A DNA stretch of 64,000 nt from a bacterium (GCA_965221165.1 CBDCRP010000003.1:2048001-2112000); one strand, 5' to 3'; positions 46,062-55,891 are shown, counted from the stretch's first letter. Numbers and translations are program-made. Notes: generated by a model from the letters alone, not told the origin.

Positions 46062-47261
46062 CTAGATGACGCCCTTGTCTCTTAAACCCGATATGGCCGA
46101 GGGGTCGTAACCGATTCCTTCCAAAACCTCGTCGGTGTGCTTGCCTTTGGGAGGGCCCGCCCAGCGGATTGCGCCCGGTGAGCCGTTCAGCCTCGGGATC
46201 ACGTTTTGCATCTGGATGGGGCCGAGTTCCTCATCCTCCACCGTGGTGATGGTCTCGCGCGCCTGCACGTGGGGGTCCGCCATCAGTTGGCCCACGTCGT
46301 AGATGGGACCCAGGGCGCCCTCGTATTTCTCGAAATGGGCTATCGTCTCCTCGAGCGTGTGCGCGCCCACCCAGCTTTGGATGGCGTCGTCGAGCTCGGC
46401 CATGTTCTCCACCCGGCCCGCCTGGGTGATCAGCCTGGGGTCCTCGCCCAAGTCCTCGCGGCCCACGGCGCGCATGACGCGCTTGAAGATGTTCTCCGCA
46501 CTCGCTGAGAGCACGACGTAGCGGCCGTCCTTGCAGCGGTAGGCGTTTCTGGGCGCGGCGAAGGGAATGGCGTTTCCCGTGCGCATCTGGACGTAGCCCA
46601 ACTGATCGTATTCGAGCGGCTGCGGGCCCAGCACAGTGGTGATGGGCTCATAGATCGCGATGTCGATCTCTTGGCCGGGCGCGTCGTGAACGTCGCGGTG
46701 GTAGAGCGCCATCATCACGGCGTAGGTGCCGCAAAGCGCGCTGATGCCGTCGGCCAGCGCGAAGGGCGGCAGCGTGGGCGGCCCGTCGGGAAAGCCCGTG
46801 ATGTGCGCGAAGCCGCTCATCGCCTCGGCCAGCGTGCCGAAGCCGGGCCTTTGCGCATAAGGACCTTTTTGCCCGAAGCCGCTCGTTCGCGCGAGGATGA
46901 GCTTGGGGTTCAGGGCGTGGAGGCTCTCCCAGGAGAAGCCCCATCTCTCCATCGTGCCGGGGCGGAAGTTCTCCACCAGCACGTCCGCGTTCTCACACAG
47001 CTTGCGGACGATCTCCTGCCCTTCGGGCGAGGAGATGTTGCAGGTGATGGATTTCTTGTTCCGGCTCGCCAGCTTCCACCACAGCGAGACGCCGTCCTTC
47101 TGGGAGGCGAAGTTTCTCAAGGAATCGCCGCGCGGGTGTTCGACCTTGATGACGTCCGCCCCGAAATCCGCCATGTAGGTGGCTATCCAGGGGCCGGCGA
47201 ACAGGGTTCCTATGTCGATGACCCGCACGCCTTCGAGCGGCATTTTTTTGTGTTCGTTCAT
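46062..47261 (-). CDS. CaiB/BaiF family III CoA-transferase
   Basis: FAGP..DFGADVIKVEHP, ENFRPG, GPP.GKHT. Confidence 0.92.
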   Translation of the reverse strand: MNEHKKMPLEGVRVIDIGTLFAGPWIATYMADFGADVIKVEHPRGDSLRNFASQKDGVSLWWKLASRNKKSITCNISSPEGQEIVRKLCENADVLVENFRPGTMERWGFSWESLHALNPKLILARTSGFGQKGPYAQRPGFGTLAEAMSGFAHITGFPDGPPTLPPFALADGISALCGTYAVMMALYHRDVHDAPGQEIDIAIYEPITTVLGPQPLEYDQLGYVQMRTGNAIPFAAPRNAYRCKDGRYVVLSASAENIFKRVMRAVGREDLGEDPRLITQAGRVENMAELDDAIQSWVGAHTLEETIAHFEKYEGALGPIYDVGQLMADPHVQARETITTVEDEELGPIQMQNVIPRLNGSPGAIRWAGPPKGKHTDEVLEGIGYDPSAISGLRDKGVI

Positions 47262-47508
47262 GGAATCGGCGCTTCCTCGGTTTTTGGGACCGGACGCCCT
47301 ATGGCTCCCTGGGGATTCACGAAATACGTTTCGCGGGACGCCCCGATGGTAGCAGAGGGCGGATGCGCCATCAACGATTCGGGCGGATTCTTCTCACCGA
47401 AGCCCATGCGCTTTTCGCGATGGACTCAGGCTTCCAACCTTGGGATAATCCCGATTGTAGAAAAGCCCGCCTTTCTTTTTCGGGCCTGGCCGCTTTCGGA
47501 GGTTTCGC

Positions 47509-48624
47509 ATGAAGATTTTTCTCAGTCTTGGATTGTTCGCGTTGTTCTTTCTGGCCCCTGCGCACCTGGGCGCGCCGACGCGCACGCCGGAGGGCTTAAG
47601 CCTGGTGATGGAGCAAGCCGAGGCGAGGCGCTTCGGCGGCTTTCGCTCCTTCGGCTTTCGCGGCTCGCGGGGGTTCGGTGGTTTCGGGCGCAGAAGTTTT
47701 TCGAGGCGCTCGAACTTCGGCTCGCGCTCCCGCGCGCGAGGCTTTACGCGCAGGCCGTTTCAAAGACGCTCCTTCATGGGCGGCGGTTTGGGATCCGGCC
47801 TGTTCGCCGGCATCGGCGGGTTTTTGCTGGGCGGTATGCTCGGGCGCATGATGTTCGGCGGCATGGGCGGCATGGGAATGGGCGGCGGTTTCGGGCTTCT
47901 GGAAATTCTCCTGATAGGCGGGGTCATCTTCTTCATCTTCCGGATGATGCGCAACCGCGCCGCCGCCTCCCGCCAGGAACCCCGTTATTCGGGGAACCGC
48001 TACGCCGAGGCGGACCCCTACGGCGTGGGGGGATATGAGGAGGAGCCGCGCGAGAGGGATGAAGCGCCCGGCAGACACGAGAGGTCGGGCGGCGTGTATC
48101 GCGGCCCGGATATCGGTTCGGCGGGCGGCGCGACCCGTTCGGCGGGAACAACGGGCGGCGGCCCGCGCCGTGATTCCGCGAGCGACGCGGCGCTGCGCAA
48201 AATGGCCGAGAATGACGCTTCTTTCTCGGAACAGGCCTTCCTGGGTTTGGTGAAAGAAAACTTCATTCGCTTCCAGAACGCCTGGACGGCGCGCGACTTA
48301 GGCCCCGTCCGCGACCTGATGGACAAGGAGATATTCACCGAGGTCGAGCGCGACATCGAGGGTCTCAGGAGCGAGGGCAAGATCAACAGGCTTGATGACG
48401 TGGATATCAAAGGGGCGGAGATCGTCGAGGTCTGGAACGAGGAGGGCTACGATTTCATCACCGTGCGTTATGAGGCGAGCCTTTGCGATTACGTGGTGGA
48501 CGAGAGAAGCGGGGATATAGTCGAAGGCAGTCGCACGGAGCGGGTGAATTTCTCGGAGCACTGGACGTGGGTGCGGCCCGAGGGGCCGAATCAGTGGTTC
48601 CTATCCGCCATCGAGCAGGCGTGA
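47509..48624 (+). CDS. Tim44-like domain protein
   Basis: R/F/G-rich N-terminus, Gly-rich TM and a C-terminal domain F..FQ.AW...EHWTWVR....W.LSAIEQ. Confidence 0.85.
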   Translation: MKIFLSLGLFALFFLAPAHLGAPTRTPEGLSLVMEQAEARRFGGFRSFGFRGSRGFGGFGRRSFSRRSNFGSRSRARGFTRRPFQRRSFMGGGLGSGLFAGIGGFLLGGMLGRMMFGGMGGMGMGGGFGLLEILLIGGVIFFIFRMMRNRAAASRQEPRYSGNRYAEADPYGVGGYEEEPRERDEAPGRHERSGGVYRGPDIGSAGGATRSAGTTGGGPRRDSASDAALRKMAENDASFSEQAFLGLVKENFIRFQNAWTARDLGPVRDLMDKEIFTEVERDIEGLRSEGKINRLDDVDIKGAEIVEVWNEEGYDFITVRYEASLCDYVVDERSGDIVEGSRTERVNFSEHWTWVRPEGPNQWFLSAIEQA

Positions 48625-48637
48625 AGCTCAAGGGATT

Positions 48638-49009
48638 TTACGGAGCCGAAACTCTATCCGAATCGGGAGTCGGGGCGTTCTCATCCTCCTCCTCGCCGTA
48701 GCGCCTCCCGCCTTCGAGATCCTTGAGTGACCACCAGAAGTAGATGATGCTGCCCAGAATGGCCGTCATGACGAGGGCGAAACCCACCAGAAAATACAAG
48801 GGCAATGCGGACCGGTAGGCGACGGGCCGGGTCCCCGCAACTGTTGCCGCGCCCCCCGCCTTTTGCGCGGGCGCGGTAATGGTGGCCCGCGTCATCGTTT
48901 GCTCGGCTTGGAACGCGGTGTAGCCCCAATAGATCATTCCGCCCAGGAGCGCGAGAATGAGGACGGTGCAGACGGGCCATTTGATGCTCGTTTTTTTCGC
49001 CTCGCTCAA
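48638..49009 (-). CDS. Hypothetical membrane protein (2 TM)
   Basis: Two hydrophobic helices; overlaps the LLM stop codon (translational coupling). Confidence 0.65.
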   Translation of the reverse strand: MSEAKKTSIKWPVCTVLILALLGGMIYWGYTAFQAEQTMTRATITAPAQKAGGAATVAGTRPVAYRSALPLYFLVGFALVMTAILGSIIYFWWSLKDLEGGRRYGEEEDENAPTPDSDRVSAP

Positions 49010-49983
49010 TTGCTCACCTCCGGGATCACCTCTTCTGCGAGCAGCGCCATCTGATCCGTCTCCTCATCCGCCGGTCCTGCGTGCTTGAAGATGAAGTGCG
49101 TTGCGCCCGCCTCCTGGAACTCCGCTATCTGCTCCAGGCAGCGCTCGCGCGGCCCATAGAATAAATACTTTTGGGCGATGCCGTCAAAATCCATGTTGTA
49201 GCGCTTGGAGAGATTCTTTATCCCTTCGCGCAGGGCGTGTTCGGGATCCTCGTGAACGTAGATGAACGCATGGTGCGCGGGCGTCCACGCGCCACCTTCT
49301 GTGTCCAAGGGGCTTCCCGCTTCTTCCGCCCACCTCCTCATGTCCTCAAGGCCCCTGGCGAAGCGTGGTGCCGAGAACATGTAGGAGACGTAACCTTGGC
49401 AACGGAGCGCCGCTCTCTTGCGGGCGGCGTCGCTGCGTCCTCCCACCCAGATGGGCGGTCCGCCCGGAGTGGGTGGAGCGGGCGTCTGGCGCGCGTCGGT
49501 AAAACGCCAGAAACGCCCCTCGTGGCTCACCTTCTCGCCGCTCCAGAGTTTCCGCGCGATGTCGATGGATTCATCCGTACGCGCGCCCCTTTCCTTGACG
49601 GGCACGCCGCAGAGCTCGAACTCCGTTTTTCCCTCGCCGCCCACACCGACGCCGAAGACGAAGCGCCCCCCGCCCGTCAGGTAGTCCACCGTGGCCGCTG
49701 TCTTGGCGGCGATGGCGGGCCTTCTGAGCGGCAGGAGATACACGCCCGTGCCCAGCGTGATGCGGCTGGTCCTGGCCGCGAAGGCGGCCAGCGTGGTGAG
49801 GCTCTCGGTGTAATGGCCGTGAAAGGAAACGTGATCGCCGATCCACAGAGAGTCATAGCCCAGGTCTTCGGCGGATTCTGCGAACGCATACGATTCCTCC
49901 GGCGTATATATGCGCTCGGGGTGCATGCCGAAGCTGATGCCGAATTTCGTTTTCATCCGCAGGCCCTTTTCTGCGAGCTTCAT
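49006..49983 (-). CDS. LLM-class flavin-dependent oxidoreductase
   Basis: GYDSLWIGDH, RITLGTGV, GVGVGG, PPIWVGG. Confidence 0.9.
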   Translation of the reverse strand: MKLAEKGLRMKTKFGISFGMHPERIYTPEESYAFAESAEDLGYDSLWIGDHVSFHGHYTESLTTLAAFAARTSRITLGTGVYLLPLRRPAIAAKTAATVDYLTGGGRFVFGVGVGGEGKTEFELCGVPVKERGARTDESIDIARKLWSGEKVSHEGRFWRFTDARQTPAPPTPGGPPIWVGGRSDAARKRAALRCQGYVSYMFSAPRFARGLEDMRRWAEEAGSPLDTEGGAWTPAHHAFIYVHEDPEHALREGIKNLSKRYNMDFDGIAQKYLFYGPRERCLEQIAEFQEAGATHFIFKHAGPADEETDQMALLAEEVIPEVSN

Positions 49984-50117
49984 TATCGTGATTTGCCTGG
50001 TTCCCCCATCTCAGTGGGGAAACTAGAGCACGTAACCGCCCGGGTCAACTCATGAGCCTGGAATCTCGAAGTAGACGTGGGGTCTTTTCAAAATGGACGC
50101 ATCGTCGCGATCGTGTT

Positions 50118-50146
50118 TTGACAGCCCCCCCGCTCGACCTTAATAT
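50118..50146 (+). promoter_or_regulatory. Sigma70-type promoter
   Basis: TTGACA-17 nt-TAATAT upstream of the DUF1015 gene. Confidence 0.6.
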
Positions 50147-50191
50147 CCCCTCGCCACTGGTTCTGATCGTTTACTCGAAAGGGGGGTTTTC

Positions 50192-51505
50192 GTGGTTCAA
50201 GTTCGGGCGTTTCGTGCGTTGATGTATTCGAATGTCGCACCGGATGAAATGGGAGAGGTCTCCTCCCCGCCCTATGACGTTTTTACGCCCGCGATAAGGC
50301 GTTCGTTTTATGAGCGCCACCCCCTGAACATCGTGCGGCTGATCCAGGGCGAAACCTTAGACGGCGAAGATGGAGACGCGGGCCGCGTGGGGCGCGCGGT
50401 CGAATATCTGAAAAACTGGCGCGAGAGCGGGGAGATGACCTTGGACGATACGCCCGCATTGTATCCCTACCGCCAGCGCTTCACGTTGCCCGATGGAACG
50501 CGCCTGGAGAGAAATGCGTTTTTTGCGGCGATGAAGCTCGAACCCTACGGCGCAGGCGAAATTCACCCCCACGAGCAGACCTTCCCCAAGCCCAAGGGTT
50601 ATCTGTTCGACCTGTGGGGGAGAAGCGGCGCGCATCTGGGACCTATTTTCAGCTTTTACGACGACCCTCGGGAAACGGCGAACCACGCCCTCAAGAGTGT
50701 GGACAAAGGAGCGCCCATCGCTGATTTCGAAGACGACGGCGTGCGCCATACCATGTGGCGGTGTGTTGACCCGGACGTCATCGCAATCGCGCAGGAATCG
50801 CTCCTGGATAGGGAGGCGTTCATCGCCGACGGCCACCATCGCTATGAAACATCCTTGGACTTGAAAGACGCCGCCCGCGCGGAAGGCGCTCCCGAGGGAG
50901 GCGAGGCGGACTACACGCTCATGTGTCTGGCCAACGTCTCGGACCCGGGCATGGTGATTCTGCCCACGTACAGGCTGCTCAAGAAAGTATCCGCGGCGAC
51001 CGAAGATGCGCTTGCCGTCCTGGCGGAGAAGTACGAGGTCTTGGAAGAAACAGCGCCGGAAGTCGGCGCCGGAGGCCGCGTAGCGGGGCGTCTGGCCGCC
51101 TTGTCCCGAGAAAACGGCGGAGCCGGTGTGTTTTGTCTCTACGATGGCGGCGAGAGCGTGAAGTATCTGATCGGCAGGCGCGGCGCCGAGGTCGCCTCGG
51201 TGGAGGAGGCCGTCGCCGCCCTCGACGTGAGCCGCCTGCATACGGACATCGTGGACGGCGCGTACGGCGCGTCTCATGAGGAAGGGAACATCGCCTTCAC
51301 GCCCGACCCGGAACTGGCGCTGGCCTCCGCAAGAGGCGGTGAGTGCGCGGTGGCCCTTTTGCTGAACCCCACGCCCCTCGAATCGGTATGCGAGATAGCC
51401 AAGGCTGGCGGAAAGATGCCGCACAAGTCCACCTATTTCTACCCCAAAGTGCGCACCGGCCTGGTCGTTCACGCATTCGCTCCCCCGGCGGGGGATTCCT
51501 CCTGA
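50192..51505 (+). CDS. DUF1015 family protein (ParB-like fold)
   Basis: SPPYDV, PHEQT, IADGHHRY, MPHKSTYFYPK. Confidence 0.9.
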   Translation: MVQVRAFRALMYSNVAPDEMGEVSSPPYDVFTPAIRRSFYERHPLNIVRLIQGETLDGEDGDAGRVGRAVEYLKNWRESGEMTLDDTPALYPYRQRFTLPDGTRLERNAFFAAMKLEPYGAGEIHPHEQTFPKPKGYLFDLWGRSGAHLGPIFSFYDDPRETANHALKSVDKGAPIADFEDDGVRHTMWRCVDPDVIAIAQESLLDREAFIADGHHRYETSLDLKDAARAEGAPEGGEADYTLMCLANVSDPGMVILPTYRLLKKVSAATEDALAVLAEKYEVLEETAPEVGAGGRVAGRLAALSRENGGAGVFCLYDGGESVKYLIGRRGAEVASVEEAVAALDVSRLHTDIVDGAYGASHEEGNIAFTPDPELALASARGGECAVALLLNPTPLESVCEIAKAGGKMPHKSTYFYPKVRTGLVVHAFAPPAGDSS

Positions 51506-51515
51506 AGCCCCGGCC

Positions 51516-52142
51516 ATGAGAATCCAAAGCGCCCGGTTCATCAAAAGCGCCGCCGAGCGTTCGGGCTGGCCGGGGGCCGCGCTGCCCGAGGTCGCCTTCG
51601 CGGGCAGGAGCAACGTCGGCAAATCCTCGCTCATCAATTTCCTGACCAACCGGAAGAATCTGGCCAAGACCAGCGCGACGCCGGGCAAGACGCAGCTCGT
51701 CAATTTTTTCGGCGTGGACGGGAAGTTCGTGCTCGTGGATTTACCGGGCTACGGCTACGCGCAGGTGCCTCTTGCCGAAAGGGCCCGCTGGCGGCCCATG
51801 ATCGAGACCTATCTCGAGCATCGTGAAACGCTCCAGGGCGTGGTGGTGCTCATCGATTCGCGCCGGGGAGCGCGGGAGATGGATTTGCACCTGCTCGAAT
51901 GGCTCGCGGCGGTGAATCTGCCCGCGTGTCTGGTGCTCACCAAGGCGGACAAGCTGAAGCAAAACGAGCGGCGAAGCGTTCTGGACGCGCTCGTGAAGAC
52001 CATGGTGGCCGGCGGCGGGCTGTACGGGCGGTGGTCCGGGCCGATCCTTTGCAGCGCGAACACCGGGCTGGGCAAAAGAGAGATTCTCGCCCAGATGGCC
52101 GAGTGGCTGAGCGAGCCGCCCCGGGATGCGCCCGCCGCCTGA
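51516..52142 (+). CDS. engB: Ribosome biogenesis GTPase YihA/YsxC
   Basis: GRSNVGKSSLIN, TPGKT, DLPGYG, TKADK. Confidence 0.95.
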   Translation: MRIQSARFIKSAAERSGWPGAALPEVAFAGRSNVGKSSLINFLTNRKNLAKTSATPGKTQLVNFFGVDGKFVLVDLPGYGYAQVPLAERARWRPMIETYLEHRETLQGVVVLIDSRRGAREMDLHLLEWLAAVNLPACLVLTKADKLKQNERRSVLDALVKTMVAGGGLYGRWSGPILCSANTGLGKREILAQMAEWLSEPPRDAPAA

Positions 52143-52262
52143 ATTTCGGGGAGGTTTCTCGCAGCATGCGCGCATATCTGCTAGAGTGGGCCATCGACCG
52201 CTTGAAAGAGCGATCCGACAAAAAAACAGCGCATTTGCACGATACATCTTCTGAGGACGAAC

Positions 52263-53282
52263 GTGCCGGAAAAGAAAGGGGCGGCTCCGAAGAGCGCCGC
52301 GAAAAAAACGACAACGAAAAAAAGAACGGCTAGCCCCAAGGCTGACGTTCGCGGCTGGGCGCCGGGGGTTCCCAAGGAAAAACCGAAGGGCAGAACCTAT
52401 GACGGCCCCTTGGAGGTGAACGCGAAGCCCAAACGGGCGGACAGGATTTTCTTCGGCACGGGCGGGGTTCCGCATTCGGCCAAGCCCCAGACCCACCCGG
52501 CGGCGGTGCGCAGGCTGCACGAACTGGGTCTGGGCGTTTACGAGATGGAGTTCGTCCACGGCGTGCGCATCAGGGAGCAGACCTGCGAGGAGGTGAGAGC
52601 CGCCCAGGCAGAAACGGGCGTTCACATCACCGCGCACGGGCCCTATTACGTGAACCTCTATTCGCTGGAAGAGGAAAAAGTGGCGGCGAGCCGAAAGCGC
52701 GTTCTGGACACGGCGCGCGCCCTGGCGAAGTGCGGTGGTGACGGTGCGTGTTTTCACCCCGGGTTTTATCAGAAACGAGACCCCAAAGAGGTGTACGACT
52801 TCATCCAGAACCAGATAGGAGAGCTCGCCGACATCCTGGTGGATGAGGGCTGTCCGGTTCGTCTCGATCCCGAGACGACGGGCAAGGGCACCCAGTTCGG
52901 CTCACTCGAGGAAATCGCCGATATGGGCGGCGCGCTTAAAGATAAGAACGTCGGCTTCACGATAGACTTCGCGCACATCCACGCGCGCTCGGCGGGGGCG
53001 CACAACACCTATGAGGAGTTCGGCGCCCAGCTCGAACTGCTGAAGAACAAGATGGGTGATGAGATTTTGAAAACCCTGCACATTCACCTCTCGGGCATCG
53101 CGTATTCCGACAAGGGCGAGGCGCATCACCTGGAGCTCGACGAGTCGGACATGAATTACAGGGACTTGTTCCGCGCGCTCATCGATTTCGGCGCCGAAGG
53201 CCGGGTGGTGTGCGAGAGTCCCGCGCTCGAATACGACGCGCTCATCATGCAGAAAGCATACAGAAAGCTGAACGGCGGCTAG
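52263..53282 (+). CDS. Endonuclease IV-like TIM-barrel protein (archaeal-type Nfo)
   Basis: FGTGGVP, HGPYYVNL, FHPG, ETTGK.TQFG, IDFAH, H.SG, CESP.LE.DA. Confidence 0.82.
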   Translation: MPEKKGAAPKSAAKKTTTKKRTASPKADVRGWAPGVPKEKPKGRTYDGPLEVNAKPKRADRIFFGTGGVPHSAKPQTHPAAVRRLHELGLGVYEMEFVHGVRIREQTCEEVRAAQAETGVHITAHGPYYVNLYSLEEEKVAASRKRVLDTARALAKCGGDGACFHPGFYQKRDPKEVYDFIQNQIGELADILVDEGCPVRLDPETTGKGTQFGSLEEIADMGGALKDKNVGFTIDFAHIHARSAGAHNTYEEFGAQLELLKNKMGDEILKTLHIHLSGIAYSDKGEAHHLELDESDMNYRDLFRALIDFGAEGRVVCESPALEYDALIMQKAYRKLNGG

Positions 53283-53370
53283 CCCGCGCCCGTTTCTCTT
53301 CGAAGGGACGGCGCGACGGGCCGGGCGATAAGACTTCCCCTAAAATCCGGTTCAACGAAGGAGCAAGTTC

Positions 53371-54741
53371 ATGACGATTGTGGAACAGATTGCGGCGTTC
53401 GCCGCGAACAGCAGTTTCGATGATCTCACCGAAGATATGCGCGGACAGATAAAAACCCTCATGGTCGACACCATCGGCTGCGCCATCGGTTCGCTGGGCG
53501 AGGGGCCCGTTCGCTACCTGCGCGAGCAGGCGGATGATTTCGGCGGCGCGGCGCATTGCACGCTCATCGGCGGCGGCAAGAGCGCGCCCGACAGCGCTGC
53601 GTTCTACAACACCTCGCTGATCCGCTATCTCGATTTCAACGACGGCTTCATGGGGAAACTCGCCACCTCGCACCCGAGCGACAACGCGGGCGCCGTGATG
53701 GCGGCGGCCGAATACGCCGACGCGAGCGGGGCGGAGTTCATGACGGCCCTCGCCCTGGCCTATGAGGTGCAGTGCCGCCTGTGCGACAGCGCGCCCTATG
53801 AGAAAAGAGGGTTCGACCAGCCCATGGCGGGCGCCTACGCCGTGGCGGCGGGCGCCTCGCGCGCCTTGGGATTGGACGCGGAGAAGACGGCCAACGCCGT
53901 CGCGCTCAGCGGCGTGCGCCAGAATCCCCTGCTCATCACGCGCACGGGCGAGCTTTCCCACTGGAAGGGCTTCGCCTATGCGGCCGGCGGACACAGCGGG
54001 GTGCACTCGACGTTTCTGGCCATGCGCGGGGTGACGGGCCCGCTTTTGTTGATGGAAGGCCCCCTGGGCGTTTTCGAGTCCGTGACGGGAGAGTTCGAGG
54101 TCGACTGGTCGGATACTTCCTTAAGCAAGATGCTCGAGATCAGCGTGAAGCGCTACAACGCAGGGCTTCACTCCCAGACGGCCATCGAGGGCGTCATCGA
54201 CATGAAGCGCGAACACGGCTTCGGCCCCGAGGACATCGAGGAGGTCGAGATCGGGATTTATGAGCGCGCCTATTTCATCATGGGCGAGGGCAAGGCGGGG
54301 GCGCGCGAGCATGTGCTCAACAAGGAGACGGCGGACCACAGCCTGCCTTATGTGCTATCGGCGGCCATCATCGACGAGCAGGTTCTGCCCGCCCAGTACG
54401 AAGAAGAGAGAATCCGCGCGGACGACGTGCAGACGCTCTTAAAGAAAGTGCGCACCACCAATTCCGATGAGATGACGGCCAGGTATCCCGCGCAATCACC
54501 CGTGCTGATTACCATCACGCTCAAGGACGGCACGGCCCACAAGCTGGACAAGCCCACCTGGGAGGGGCATTTCTCCACCCCGATGGGTTGGGGCACGGTG
54601 AACGAGAAGTTCGAGGCCTTGAGCGAAGCGCACACGGACGCCTCCTTGCGGGCGGAGATTGTGGACGCCGTCTCGAGGCTCGATTCGATCCGGATAAAAG
54701 AACTGACGGCCCTGCTGGAGAGGGTGAACACGCCCGGGTAG
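53371..54741 (+). CDS. MmgE/PrpD family protein
   Basis: RYLDFND, HPSDN, GELSHWKG, ETADHSLPY. Confidence 0.92.
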   Translation: MTIVEQIAAFAANSSFDDLTEDMRGQIKTLMVDTIGCAIGSLGEGPVRYLREQADDFGGAAHCTLIGGGKSAPDSAAFYNTSLIRYLDFNDGFMGKLATSHPSDNAGAVMAAAEYADASGAEFMTALALAYEVQCRLCDSAPYEKRGFDQPMAGAYAVAAGASRALGLDAEKTANAVALSGVRQNPLLITRTGELSHWKGFAYAAGGHSGVHSTFLAMRGVTGPLLLMEGPLGVFESVTGEFEVDWSDTSLSKMLEISVKRYNAGLHSQTAIEGVIDMKREHGFGPEDIEEVEIGIYERAYFIMGEGKAGAREHVLNKETADHSLPYVLSAAIIDEQVLPAQYEEERIRADDVQTLLKKVRTTNSDEMTARYPAQSPVLITITLKDGTAHKLDKPTWEGHFSTPMGWGTVNEKFEALSEAHTDASLRAEIVDAVSRLDSIRIKELTALLERVNTPG

Positions 54742-54834
54742 CGGAGATTTCCGCTTGGGGAAAAGCCGCCATATCCCGCGCCGCCTGAGCCGTGGCGCGG
54801 CGTCGATGGACGCTGGCTTTAAGGGAGATTGTCG

Positions 54835-55080
54835 ATGTCGGACTTGGAAGTGACGGTGTATTCATCATCCACGTGAGCGCCCTGTAAGGCGGTGAGAGAG
54901 TTTCTCTCCCATCATGGCGTGGCGTATACGGAAAAACTCGTCGATCAGGATGAACAGGCCCTGGAGGAATTATTCCAGAGGGCGGACATGCGGGCCACGC
55001 CCGTGATTTTCGTGGACGATGAGAAGGTGGTCGGCTTCGATCGGGCGAAGCTCGAAAAGCTGCTGGGGCTCGCCGCATGA
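54835..55080 (+). CDS. Glutaredoxin/NrdH-like redoxin with in-frame UGA (putative selenoprotein, UAPC)
   Basis: GGGAG RBS, ATG 54835 MSDLEVTVYSSST-TGA(54874-54876)-APCKAVREFL...ATPVIFV....VGFD. The ORF track shows only the part after the UGA. Confidence 0.9.
54877..54920 (+). promoter_or_regulatory. Putative SECIS hairpin (glutaredoxin)
   Basis: GCGCC...GAGAG[AGUUU]CUCUC...GGCGU; the apical loop is 22 nt after the UGA with G at position 2. Confidence 0.6.
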
Positions 55081-55376
55081 GCGAAAACCGCAGGACCCTC
55101 GCCTGTCCCGGCTGAGGGCAACGCATACCCGTCCCGTGGGATGCGAAAACGCGCGATCTGGTCGATTGCGAGAATTGTGCGGGGGTGAGATTCCGCTTGG
55201 GCCGAGCGGAGGGGGCGGAGGTTCTCACTATCGTGCAGATGGTTTCATGCCCCCTTTGTGGTGAATACATACCGGTGGATGAGGACACCCCCGCAGGTTC
55301 CGTTTTCGAGCACGACGGAAAAAAACTGCGCCTCGATAAGGAATTCGGCGCATTCGTCCTGGCGCCCGAGGAGTAG
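55077..55376 (+). CDS. Tandem zinc-ribbon (LysW-like) protein with in-frame UGA (putative selenoprotein, CPGU)
   Basis: ATGA overlap with the Grx stop; MSENRRTLACPG-TGA(55113-55115)-GQRIPV...DLVDCENCAG...SCPLCGEYIPV...VLAPEE. Confidence 0.8.
55116..55145 (+). promoter_or_regulatory. Putative SECIS hairpin (zinc-ribbon gene)
   Basis: CGCAU-A-CCC[GUCCCGU]GGG-AUGCG; the loop begins with G, 15 nt after the UGA. Confidence 0.55.
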
Positions 55377-55498
55377 GGGCGCGATTGGATTCAGGGAAGA
55401 AATTCCGAGGTCTGTTTCCTTCGCGGTGAGTTGTTGATAGAGTATCGGTGCGTTCAGCGAGAGCGCATCTGCAAGAAAGGATTGCACGGGAGCATGTG

Positions 55499-55891
55499 AT
55501 GGCTTCTCGACCACAGGCCACTATACCGCTGGATCACGCCGACAAATTGAATCGGGACTTGCTCGCGCAATTGGAGGAGCTTGAAAAAACTCCCGAGGAG
55601 GATCGTTGGCCCGAAGCGGTGTGGCCTACCGCTCAAGCGTTTAAGGATGCGGAAATTTTCGTTCGGAAGCTGCCGCTGGGCTCGATTCCCATGCCCTATA
55701 TAGGGCTGGCCGATGACGGGGAAGTCAATTTTCTATGGAAAAAAGATGGTGTTCATGTTGATCTTGGGTTCTATGGAACGCGTACTTATACTTACTTTGC
55801 GCACGGTAAAGATGGACACCCAATCGACGGCGAAGATATTCCGGCATCCGAAGGATTGCCTTCCGAAATCGTAGAACTGTTCACGGTCTGA
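55499..55891 (+). CDS. Hypothetical acidic protein (possible antitoxin-like partner)
   Basis: Lower GC; W...A..A..F...L....P.I....DGEV.F.W pattern. Confidence 0.65.
   Translation: MASRPQATIPLDHADKLNRDLLAQLEELEKTPEEDRWPEAVWPTAQAFKDAEIFVRKLPLGSIPMPYIGLADDGEVNFLWKKDGVHVDLGFYGTRTYTYFAHGKDGHPIDGEDIPASEGLPSEIVELFTV

Noticed and set aside
55077-55376. Bona fide lysW (lysine/arginine biosynthesis carrier)
   Set aside because: It lacks the C-terminal EDWGE motif, the domain is duplicated, and no lysX/argX/lysZ genes are nearby.
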